Shown here: piece after piece, positions 56,282 to 64,000 of the stretch | Layout of the letters: each line of letters begins with the position of its first letter | How positions within the stretch are numbered: the first letter of the stretch is position 1 | Origin: a candidate division FCPU426 bacterium | GTDB taxonomy: Bacteria > Oederibacteriota > JAAXVQ01 > JAUVAV01 | NCBI GenBank assembly: GCA_040756875.1 | Contig: JBFLYH010000001.1 | Coordinates: 128,001-192,000 of the forward strand | DNA: 64,000 nt | Direction of reading: 5' to 3' | Notes under the pieces: model-generated | What the model was told of the DNA's origin: nothing | Seen by the model: only the letters and a program-made list of their open reading frames with translations | Database searches by the model: none | Position numbers and translations under genes: made by a program

Positions 56282-57577
56282 ATGCCAGAGCCGAAATACC
56301 GTTTTGAAACCCTGAGTTTGCACGCCGGCCAGACAGCGGATCCCTGCACGTTTTCCCGGGCCGTGCCCGTGTACCGGACCAGCAGTTTTGTGTTCAAGAA
56401 CACCGAGCACGCGGCCAACCTGTTCGGGCTGAAGGAACCGGGCAACATTTACACGCGGTTGATGAATCCCACCCACGAGGTGCTGGAAAAACGCATGGCC
56501 GCCCTGGAAGGCGGGGTGGGGGCCTTGGTACATGCCTCGGGCACGGCCGCGGTCTTCAACACCATCATCAATCTCTGCCAGAACGGGGACGAGGTGGTGG
56601 CTGCGCGCAACCTGTACGGCGGCACCTATACGATGTTCGACGCCATCCTGCCGCAATTCGGCATTAAGGTGAAGATGGTGGATCCGGCCAAGCCGGAGGC
56701 ATTCAAACAGGCGCTGACCGACCGCACCCGGGCCATATACGTGGAGACCATCGGCAATCCCACCCTGGAAATAACGGACCTGGAGGCTGTGTCCAAAATC
56801 GCCCAATCGGCCCATGTGCCCCTGGTGGTGGATTCCACGTTCACCACTCCGTATTTGCTCCGCCCCCTCGAGTACGGGGCGGACATTGTCGTGCATTCGC
56901 TCACCAAATGGCTGGGCGGACACGGCACGGCCATCGGCGGGGTGGTCGTGGACGGCGGCAAATTCGACTGGACGGACAAGAAGTTCAAGCTGTTCAACGA
57001 ACCGGAACCCAGCTACCACGACCTGCGTTTTGCCCACGACCTGGGCGATTTGCAGCCGCAGGCTTTCATCCTGCGCCAGCGGCTGGTGGCCATGCGGAAT
57101 CTGGGGGCCTGCCTTTCGCCGGACAATGCCTGGCTGTTTCTGCAGGGGCTGGAAACGCTGCCGTTGCGCATGCAGCGGCATTGCGAAAATGCGCTGGCTG
57201 TGGCCCGCTTTCTGAAACAGGAGGACCAAGTCAGTTGGGTCCGGTATCCCGGGCTCGAGGATGATCCCGCCCACGGCCTGGCCAAACGGTATTTGCCGCG
57301 CGGGGCCGGCGGCATGGTGGTTTTCGGAATAAAAGGGGGGGCGCTCAACGGCCAACGCTTCATTGAGGCGCTGCAGTTGTTCTCGCACCTGGCCAATGTC
57401 GGAGACGCCAAGAGCCTGGCCATCCACCCGGCTTCAACCACGCACGCCCAGCTGTCCGCGGCCCAGCAGCAGGAGGCCGGCGTGACGCCGGATATGATCC
57501 GCCTTTCGATCGGCCTCGAACATGTGGACGATTTGAGGGAAGATCTCCGGCAGGCCCTGGTGCGGGCCATCGTCTAA
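56282..57577 (+). CDS. metY: O-acetylhomoserine/O-acetylserine sulfhydrylase
   Basis: NIYTRLMNPT, LYGGT, HSLTKWLGGHG, HLANVGDAKSL, HPASTTH. Confidence 0.93.
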   Translation: MPEPKYRFETLSLHAGQTADPCTFSRAVPVYRTSSFVFKNTEHAANLFGLKEPGNIYTRLMNPTHEVLEKRMAALEGGVGALVHASGTAAVFNTIINLCQNGDEVVAARNLYGGTYTMFDAILPQFGIKVKMVDPAKPEAFKQALTDRTRAIYVETIGNPTLEITDLEAVSKIAQSAHVPLVVDSTFTTPYLLRPLEYGADIVVHSLTKWLGGHGTAIGGVVVDGGKFDWTDKKFKLFNEPEPSYHDLRFAHDLGDLQPQAFILRQRLVAMRNLGACLSPDNAWLFLQGLETLPLRMQRHCENALAVARFLKQEDQVSWVRYPGLEDDPAHGLAKRYLPRGAGGMVVFGIKGGALNGQRFIEALQLFSHLANVGDAKSLAIHPASTTHAQLSAAQQQEAGVTPDMIRLSIGLEHVDDLREDLRQALVRAIV

Positions 57578-57591
57578 GCGGATACGGACTC

Positions 57592-58581
57592 ATGCCCAAG
57601 GCGATCGCCCTCTACTCCGGCGGCTTGGACAGCACGCTGGCTGTCGCCCTCATGCGACGGGCCGGCGTGGAGGTCATTCCGTTGACCTTTACCTCGCCTT
57701 TCGGGGGCGGCTCCGGTGAAGAGGGCAGGATGCGGGCCGTGGCCGACACATTCGGCCTGGAACTGCAAACCGTGCCCTTTGCGGAGGAATTGATCGCCCT
57801 GGTCAAATCGCCCCGGCACGGCCACGGTAAAAACCTGAATCCGTGCATTGACTGCCATCTGCTCATGCTGCGCAAGTCCAAGGCGCTCTTGCCGGCGTAT
57901 GGGGCGGATTTTGTGGTCACGGGCGAGGTCTTGGGACAGCGTCCCATGAGTCAGCACCGGCAGGCATTGGACCTGATCGCGCGCCAGTCCGGGCTGGCGG
58001 AACTGCTGCTGCGCCCGCTCAGCGCGCGTCTTCTGCCGCCGACTCTGCCGCAGGTTAAAGGCTGGGTCGGGGAGGAATGGCTGCTGGACATCGCCGGGCG
58101 GGGCCGCACGCGTCAGCTGGAACTGGCGAAAAGCCTGGGGCTGGAAAAGTACCAGCCGCCTGCGGGCGGCTGCCTGTTAACCGATCCCGGCTACACCCGC
58201 AAGCTCCGCGATGTCATGGATTCAGGCCTGCTGACCGAACATGCGGCCGAGGTCATCCGCCACGGACGCTACTTCAACCTGGGTCCGGCCGCGAAGCTGG
58301 TGGTGGCCAGGCAGGAAGCCGAGTGCCGCCGCCTGGAGGCTTTGGCGCAGGCGGAGGAGTGGCTGCTGGTGCCCGGCGACGCGACCCGGGGGCCTTCGGG
58401 TTTGCTGTTGGGACCCGAGGGCGAATCGAACCTCGGAGCGGCGCTGGAAATCCTGGCTCATTACTGCCGGCCAGCTCCTGCCATGGAAATGGAAATCGGA
58501 AAGCCGGGCGGGCAACGCTCGCTGGTCCGGCTGCCCGCGGAGATGGCGGAAGAACGCTTGCGCGCTTTATTGGTGGGGTAA
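57592..58581 (+). CDS. THUMP-less ThiI/MnmA-like PP-loop sulfurtransferase
   Basis: SGGLDS PP-loop, NPCIDC, TGEVLGQRPMSQ, PAGGCLLTD. Confidence 0.8.
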   Translation: MPKAIALYSGGLDSTLAVALMRRAGVEVIPLTFTSPFGGGSGEEGRMRAVADTFGLELQTVPFAEELIALVKSPRHGHGKNLNPCIDCHLLMLRKSKALLPAYGADFVVTGEVLGQRPMSQHRQALDLIARQSGLAELLLRPLSARLLPPTLPQVKGWVGEEWLLDIAGRGRTRQLELAKSLGLEKYQPPAGGCLLTDPGYTRKLRDVMDSGLLTEHAAEVIRHGRYFNLGPAAKLVVARQEAECRRLEALAQAEEWLLVPGDATRGPSGLLLGPEGESNLGAALEILAHYCRPAPAMEMEIGKPGGQRSLVRLPAEMAEERLRALLVG

Positions 58582-58589
58582 ACGGCGCT

Positions 58590-59144
58590 TCAATCCCAAC
58601 GCAGGTGCCAGCGCCACGTCAGGGGATTGCTCTCGTCTTTTTGCACTTTCATATTGGGCAAATGCAAAAGTTCTCCCACGCCTAAAAAATATCCGCTCAA
58701 ATATTCGCGCATGTACGGGGGATATTCGGGGTAATTGCTCAGAACAAAGGTCATCTGCTTGGGGCCGGTGTTTTCCACGGAAGCATCCCCGCTGTCGTAA
58801 AAGCTGCGCCAGAGCACGGCCACGCGCTTCCAGACAAATTGCGGCGTGGGGATGCGGATGAAGATTTGGTAAAACCAGGGCAATCCTTCCTTGGCCATGA
58901 TGCGGCCCAATTCCCGCAACGCCCGGTTGGAATCCCCGGGAAAAAGCACCAGAGCTGCTTCATATAAGACCGATCCCTTCGCTTCGAGCGGCAGCGGGTT
59001 CCATGAAACCGCCAAGGTATCGGCCTTCCAGACATCGATATTTTCCTGATCCAACAGTTCGAGGAGTTTGGCTTCCATGGCCGGTCCCCGGTCCCGGACG
59101 ATTTTTTTCAGAATCAAAGTTCCCGAGCCTTTAACCTTGTTCAC
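58590..59144 (-). CDS. Hypothetical protein, DUF2378-like
   Basis: VKG N-terminus, WNPL, LRELGR, LWRSFYDSG, terminal RWD; AGGAG RBS; TTGACA-N17-TAAAGT upstream. Confidence 0.65.
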   Translation of the reverse strand: MNKVKGSGTLILKKIVRDRGPAMEAKLLELLDQENIDVWKADTLAVSWNPLPLEAKGSVLYEAALVLFPGDSNRALRELGRIMAKEGLPWFYQIFIRIPTPQFVWKRVAVLWRSFYDSGDASVENTGPKQMTFVLSNYPEYPPYMREYLSGYFLGVGELLHLPNMKVQKDESNPLTWRWHLRWD

Positions 59145-59453
59145 GATATGTCTCCTGAAACCAAGATGAACAGCTCTAAAATACTTTAATCATCCGGAAG
59201 GCGTTTGTCAATTCACAAGCTTTTTCAAGCCTTATCCAAAACCCGCGAACCAAACCCGGCTGACGGTGTCTCTTGTTATACATATAAAGGAAATCTAATA
59301 TAAAATCGCCGGGGTTTTAGGGGTCATTGGAACAGGCGTTCAATTCCTCTTCAGTCATTCCTGAGTTGCCGTTGGGGAACGTTTTACAGGATTGAGTTGC
59401 GGAGGAGGGAAACTCAGCCACCGAAAAGCCTTGGGAAAGGAACAGGGGAGATC

Positions 59454-60149
59454 ATGATCCGGGTGCGATGGATGATCGGAATGGGGCTTCTTATTTTCTG
59501 GACGGTTTCAGGGACTGTGTATGGACAGGTGGAGACGGGCTGGCAGGCAGGTGCTTTTTTCAACGGGGGCTTGAGCGGGCCCCGGATTAGCATGGACCGG
59601 ATGTTCCAGGCGGGAATCAAAAGCGCGTTGGAACCCAAGGCTTATTTAGGGCGGAACGCGCCCAATGGGCAGGCAGGTGAGCGGGCGTTCCCTGGATATT
59701 CCAGCCGGATTGAAAACGAAAGCAGTCCGCTGGCAAAGGCTTTGCACGACCCCGAAGCGCTCCGGGCGGCATGGATGAACTTCCTAAGCGGGGACGGCAT
59801 GGATTCCAGGGGGCGCTTGGATCGCGAACGGGAGTTCGTCATGGCCATGGTCCGCTATATGCAGCAAACCAGGGCATATGCTCCTGCGGATCATGACCGC
59901 AACCTTCGTTTTTTCAGCGATTTGCTGGGCTCGGTTTCCAACGTTCGTTCAGTGCAAATCGCGGATGCGACTTTTTCAGGCTTTACCGCGCCTTTTACAG
60001 TGCCCGAACAATTCCTCAAGCCCGGACGCCGGGGCGCTTTAGGGGCGATTCTCGACACCCTGCAGGGCTCAAGTTACGTGGTCCGGCCGCAAGTCAGGCA
60101 CTGGTTCGAGAGACCGGCTTGGCTGCGTTGGTTCGATTCAGCCGTGTGA
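59454..60149 (+). CDS. Hypothetical exported protein
   Basis: GGGGAG RBS, signal-peptide-like N-terminus; no recognisable motif. Confidence 0.6.
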   Translation: MIRVRWMIGMGLLIFWTVSGTVYGQVETGWQAGAFFNGGLSGPRISMDRMFQAGIKSALEPKAYLGRNAPNGQAGERAFPGYSSRIENESSPLAKALHDPEALRAAWMNFLSGDGMDSRGRLDREREFVMAMVRYMQQTRAYAPADHDRNLRFFSDLLGSVSNVRSVQIADATFSGFTAPFTVPEQFLKPGRRGALGAILDTLQGSSYVVRPQVRHWFERPAWLRWFDSAV

Positions 60150-60265
60150 GGGTTCTTGCCTGCAGAGGCAACCCAGGCGGGCGGTTTTACCCCCTTCACC
60201 AAGGCTCCGCAGCTTGCCGCTGGGAGTTTCGTCCGCCTGGGTATTTTCCGTACCGTCAATAATCA

Positions 60266-60294
60266 TTGACACGCAAGGGTTTCCTGCTTACGAT
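60266..60294 (+). promoter_or_regulatory. Sigma70 promoter of hgcAB
   Basis: TTGACA-N17-TACGAT, 57 bp before the hgcA ATG. Confidence 0.75.
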
Positions 60295-60351
60295 TAAATT
60301 GCGATGGTGGTTCGTAACCATTCGCTTTCCCGTTGAAGAAGGATTCGGCCA

Positions 60352-61377
60352 ATGCCCGACACCCCCCGCGATTTTTCCATCCCCCAGCCGACCCCCTTGG
60401 GCACCAAGCTGACCTGGCAGGATTATTGGGGTGCCGTCAAAGTCCGCTGGAATTGGGGCCGCGGCAATTACGCGATGCAGCCGGGTTTGTATTCAGTCAA
60501 CGAGCCAGACGCGGATTCAATCGTCCTGCTGTCAAGCAACTACAAACTCAGCCTGGACATGCTGCGCAAGCATCTCGGCCGCATGAAAGCCTGGGTGCTG
60601 GTATTGGATACCCGCGGCATCAACGTCTGGTGTGCGGCCGGCAAGGGGACTTTCGGTGCCGCGGAAGTGGTCCGCCAGGTTAAGTCCGTCCAACTGGCCC
60701 AGAGGGTCCGGCACCGCCGTCTGGTGGCTCCGCAGCTGGGTGCCCCGGGGTTGTCAGCCCAGGAAGTAAAAACCGGCTGCGACTTTGAGGTGGTGTTCGG
60801 GCCGGTGCGGGCGCAGGATTTGCAGGCTTTCGTCGAAGCCGGGTTCCGAGCCACGCCCCGTATGCGCCGCGTCGAGTTTTCCCTTGGAGACCGGCTGGTG
60901 CTGATTCCCGTGGAGGTGCTCGGCCATCTTAAACTGTTGGCCATCGTGGCCTTGGTTTTCGGCTTGGTGGACGGGCTGTTCCGCAACGTTTATTCCGTGA
61001 ATCATGCGATAGCCGGCGCCCTGACCGCCGCTTTTTTCCTGGCGCTCGGTTTGTTCGCGGGATCGGTTCTTACACCGCTGCTGCTTCCCTGGGTTCCTGG
61101 CCGGGCTTTTTCCCTGAAAGGGGCGGTCGCCGGCCTGGTTGTGTTCATTGGTTTTGGGAGTATATTCCGGACGGTTTTGGTCTGGACGCCTTTGGTGGCT
61201 GCGGCCTGGCTGTTGCTGGTGCTGGCTACGGCGTCGTTTACAGCCATGAATTTTACCGGCAGTTCAACCTATACCTCCCTCTCTGGCGTTAAAAAAGAAA
61301 TGAGTCTGGCTTTGCCCTTGCAGGCCCTGGCGGCGGTCGCCAGCTTGGTCTTGCTTATTCTGGTGCGGTTTCGATAA
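60352..61377 (+). CDS. hgcA: Mercury methylation corrinoid protein HgcA
   Basis: PGLY, NYKLS, cap helix GINVWCAAGKGTF, PQLGAPG, GPVRA, C-terminal TM helices, NFTGSSTYTSLSGVKKEM. Confidence 0.95.
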   Translation: MPDTPRDFSIPQPTPLGTKLTWQDYWGAVKVRWNWGRGNYAMQPGLYSVNEPDADSIVLLSSNYKLSLDMLRKHLGRMKAWVLVLDTRGINVWCAAGKGTFGAAEVVRQVKSVQLAQRVRHRRLVAPQLGAPGLSAQEVKTGCDFEVVFGPVRAQDLQAFVEAGFRATPRMRRVEFSLGDRLVLIPVEVLGHLKLLAIVALVFGLVDGLFRNVYSVNHAIAGALTAAFFLALGLFAGSVLTPLLLPWVPGRAFSLKGAVAGLVVFIGFGSIFRTVLVWTPLVAAAWLLLVLATASFTAMNFTGSSTYTSLSGVKKEMSLALPLQALAAVASLVLLILVRFR

Positions 61378-61385
61378 AAGACAAG

Positions 61386-61694
61386 ATGAACGGTTTTCGT
61401 TATTTAAAAAACGTAACCACCCTGCGTTTCAACCCCGAACGCTGCAACGGCTGCCGGTTGTGCCTTCAGGTTTGCCCGCACGGTGTCCTCGAACCGGCTG
61501 AAAAACGGATTAAAATCGGCGATGCGGACGCCTGCATGGAATGCGGAGCCTGCGCCCGCAATTGCCCGACCCAAGCCCTGCAGGTGAAAGCCGGCGTGGG
61601 TTGCGCCGGCGCCCTGCTCACCGGCTGGTTCTACCGGACCGAACCCACCTGCGACTGCGCTTGCCGTTCGGCCGCCCCGGTAAAAACGAAATAG
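61386..61694 (+). CDS. hgcB: Mercury methylation ferredoxin HgcB
   Basis: FRYLKNVTTL, CNGCRLCLQVCP, CMECGACARNCP, AGVGCA, Cys-containing tail; 8 bp after hgcA. Confidence 0.95.
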   Translation: MNGFRYLKNVTTLRFNPERCNGCRLCLQVCPHGVLEPAEKRIKIGDADACMECGACARNCPTQALQVKAGVGCAGALLTGWFYRTEPTCDCACRSAAPVKTK

Positions 61695-61856
61695 AAAAAC
61701 TTTTAAGCTTTTTCACTCCTGCCAACCTGTTCGAATTTAGCGCGGTTTTTCCCTCGTTTTGAAACACTTGCAACAAGCCGGATTTTAGCCACGAATGCTT
61801 GCTCCGAATAATCCTTGCAAATAAGACATTTTCCAGGTGCCGGTATGGATGGGAAG

Positions 61857-61873
61857 TTGGCATCAATCCTGCT
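61857..61873 (+). promoter_or_regulatory. Putative sigma54 promoter of hsp20
   Basis: TTGGCATCAATCCTGCT (GG-N10-GC), 45 bp before the ATG. Confidence 0.6.
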
Positions 61874-61918
61874 CTATCAATGGGCAAATGCAGGAAACTT
61901 CGAAAGGAGCGATTCATC

Positions 61919-62326
61919 ATGACCCTCATCAAATGGCAACCGTTCAGAATGTTCAACTGGCAGGATCATTGGGACAATTGGCTGGATTCCCCGTTGCGCG
62001 GGACCTGGGCGCCGGCTTCCGAAATAAGGGAATCGAAAGATGGGTACACGATCCATCTGGAATTGCCGGGAGTGAAAAAGGAAGATCTTAAAATCGATCT
62101 GGCGGACGATGTACTGACCATTCAAGGCGAGAAACGCCACGAAAAGGAGTTGGCAGAGGACGAACAGAGGAGCAGCGAAAGGTTCTACGGGACGTTCACG
62201 CGGAGCTTCGCGTTGCCCGGGCAAGTCGCGGCCGACAAGATCAAGGCTGAATACCGGGACGGCGTTCTGCAGGTGACTGTTCCCAAATCCGAACAGGCCA
62301 AGGTCAAGCAGATTACCGTTCAATAA
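61919..62326 (+). CDS. Hsp20/alpha-crystallin small heat-shock protein
   Basis: ELPGVKKED, LTIQGEK, ERFYGTFTRSF.LP, AEYRDGVL.VTVPK; AAGGAG RBS. Confidence 0.95.
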   Translation: MTLIKWQPFRMFNWQDHWDNWLDSPLRGTWAPASEIRESKDGYTIHLELPGVKKEDLKIDLADDVLTIQGEKRHEKELAEDEQRSSERFYGTFTRSFALPGQVAADKIKAEYRDGVLQVTVPKSEQAKVKQITVQ

Positions 62327-62380
62327 AGCCGTTCATTCCGACGGCGCGAGGATAAAATCGGACCGTCGGTCGCGGCCGTT

Positions 62381-62421
62381 CCCTCTGCCCGGGGTGAGAA
62401 ACCCATGCCTCGGGCAGAGGG
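62381..62421. terminator. Stem-loop between convergent hsp20 and the 62518..62901 gene
   Basis: CCCTCTGCCCG ... CGGGCAGAGGG (11 bp perfect, extendable). Confidence 0.55.
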
Positions 62422-62517
62422 GAATTTAATAAATATCCGTCAGGAGGCCTATCGGGTCTGCTGTGAAAATAACGCCGGCCGGATCGGCTGCAGAATGCCG
62501 GTCCGGACGGCGTGTTA

Positions 62518-62901
62518 TCATTCCTCTAACAAACGCAGCGCTTCCTCCAGAGAACCCACTACATCCACCGGGATGGTATAACCGGCGTCCTTGCCCGTGC
62601 GCTCGAATTGCACTCGCGCCAGCACGTTCTTGGGATCCACGATCCGGATGACGCGCCGGACGCCCTGCTGCCGCATGAATTCCTGGACCCGTTGGATTTG
62701 TTCCGCGCCGCGGCCCGAGGTTGGCAGGGTTTGGGTGATGTCGTTGATGATCACGAATCCCGGCTTGAGTTTCGTGGCTTCGGCGATGGTTTTGTCAGCG
62801 ATTTCGACGGTCAGGTTTTCCGGAAAAAATCCTTTGAAGGTGATGTAAAGCCGGTTTTTATCGATATCAGCGCGAATGTCGTAAGAAATTTCTTTACTCA
62901 T
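62518..62901 (-). CDS. Small STAS/SEC14 (SpoIIAA-like) domain protein
   Basis: KNRLYITFKGF, FVIINDI, GVRRVIRIV, SLEEALRLL; AAGGGG RBS. Confidence 0.7.
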   Translation of the reverse strand: MSKEISYDIRADIDKNRLYITFKGFFPENLTVEIADKTIAEATKLKPGFVIINDITQTLPTSGRGAEQIQRVQEFMRQQGVRRVIRIVDPKNVLARVQFERTGKDAGYTIPVDVVGSLEEALRLLEE

Positions 62902-62980
62902 GTTGACCCCTTTCTTTCCGTGGGATTCCCGTTGCCGGACGCGGCTTGGGGAAGTCTGCAAACATAACAATTATCAACTG

Positions 62981-64000
62981 TTATCTCGCCTGAATCAAGA
63001 TGTCCCGGATGTCCTGAGGTTCCAAACGAACCGGATTGTTCCGGTTCGGCGTTTTGGCGGCGATAGCATCGGTCTCCTCAGCGGTCAATCCATAGGCGCC
63101 AAGCCGGGGGATTTCCAGGCTCCGAGTCCAGGCGTCCAGCTGGTTGAGCAGGGCTTCGCAGCCTTCTTCCCATGAATGCACGACGCGGCCGGACAGCAGT
63201 GCGCCTGCGGTTGCATGCTTGCGGAGCGCGGGCAATGCTTCGGCGCCTGCCTGGCGCAATTGATCGAGGTTGCGGCGCATGCCGGGCGCCAGCAAAGCGC
63301 CGCAAATAACGCCATGAGGGATGTCGCGCAGGCCGCCGAGGACCGACGACAGGGAATGGATGATTCCCAAACCCGCATTGGCCAAAGTGATTCCCGAGAG
63401 CAGCGCGGCGTACGCCATGCCCGTGCGCGCCTCCAGGTTGGTTTGGCCGCTTTCGAAAGCCGGCAGCAGGTGGTCGCGCACGGCGGCCAAGCCGTTTTCG
63501 GCCAAGACGTCGGTCAGCGGGAAAGCGCGCGGGGAAAGATATGACTCCAGCAGCTGGGCCAGGGCATCCATGCCGCAGGCCGCGGTGAGGGCCGGCGGGC
63601 ACGTCAGGGTGAGTTCGGGATCGACCAGCGCCACGTCCGGAACCAGCGCTTCGTGTCTGAGCGAATTCTTGAATCCTTCTGGACCCAGGCGCCGCAGGGA
63701 GGCGTTCTTGGTGGCTTCGGTGCCCGTGCCGGCGGTGGTGGGCACGGCCAGGAAGGGAAGCTTGGTTCCGGGGTGGCTGCGGCCCTGTCCCGCGCCTTCG
63801 AGATACGGCAGCACGGATTCGTTGAGCGGCAGCATGGCGGACAGGGCTTTGCCCGCATCCAGCACACTTCCGCCGCCGATGGCGACCACCAGTTCCAAAC
63901 CGGTTCCGGCCAATTGCTTGACTGCCGCATCCACCCATGCTGCTTCCGGTTCGCCGGATACCGCAAGTTCCCGCACGGTCAAGCCGGCATCTTTCCAGGT
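62981..64000 (-). CDS. Iron-containing alcohol dehydrogenase, 5' end beyond the window
   Basis: GGGSVLDAGK, PTTAGTGTE, DPELT, GMDA, LGIIH, PHG. Confidence 0.92.
   Translation of the reverse strand, partial: TWKDAGLTVRELAVSGEPEAAWVDAAVKQLAGTGLELVVAIGGGSVLDAGKALSAMLPLNESVLPYLEGAGQGRSHPGTKLPFLAVPTTAGTGTEATKNASLRRLGPEGFKNSLRHEALVPDVALVDPELTLTCPPALTAACGMDALAQLLESYLSPRAFPLTDVLAENGLAAVRDHLLPAFESGQTNLEARTGMAYAALLSGITLANAGLGIIHSLSSVLGGLRDIPHGVICGALLAPGMRRNLDQLRQAGAEALPALRKHATAGALLSGRVVHSWEEGCEALLNQLDAWTRSLEIPRLGAYGLTAEETDAIAAKTPNRNNPVRLEPQDIRDILIQAR

Noticed and set aside
60352-61377. Ordinary CO dehydrogenase/acetyl-CoA synthase corrinoid subunit
   Set aside because: It has the Cys cap helix and TM region, lacks the TIM-barrel domain, and is followed by hgcB

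Overview
A GC-rich (roughly 60-65% by eye) chromosomal segment, densely coding, from a diderm anaerobic bacterium. It has outer-membrane beta-barrels and LpoB, plus HydF, FeoAB, a NifU/NifS-type Fe-S system and a PPi-dependent PFK. I saw no rRNA, tRNA, CRISPR array or transposase. Most genes are housekeeping or envelope genes: feoAB, aspA-hydF, mtgA, xerD, a tRNA nucleotidyltransferase, mutY, nifUS, two pfk genes, eno, purC, porin-amtB-glnK, rrf2-cysK-metY-thiI-like, hsp20 and several hybrid histidine kinases. Two loci stand out. (1) A divergent five-gene cluster at 11910-18824 encodes a KamA-type radical-SAM aminomutase and two non-Ddl ATP-grasp ligases on one side. On the other side is a GNAT acetyltransferase fused to a zinc deacetylase, translationally coupled to an MFS transporter. 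It looks like a compact pathway for an uncharacterised beta-amino-acid conjugate with its own acetylation switch and export. (2) A complete hgcA-hgcB mercury-methylation pair at 60352-61694 has its own strong promoter and no adjacent arsR. Smaller observations include two identical sigmaE-type promoters (GAACTT-N16-TCTAA) upstream of nifUS and of a lpoB operon, a secreted MsrB homologue lacking the catalytic cysteine, and an Rsm22/METTL17-like protein with a four-Cys pattern. There is also an unannotated 45-aa membrane ORF coupled to xerD, a 21-bp coding tandem repeat, and several long intergenic inverted repeats. All family calls come from motif recognition by eye; no searches were run.
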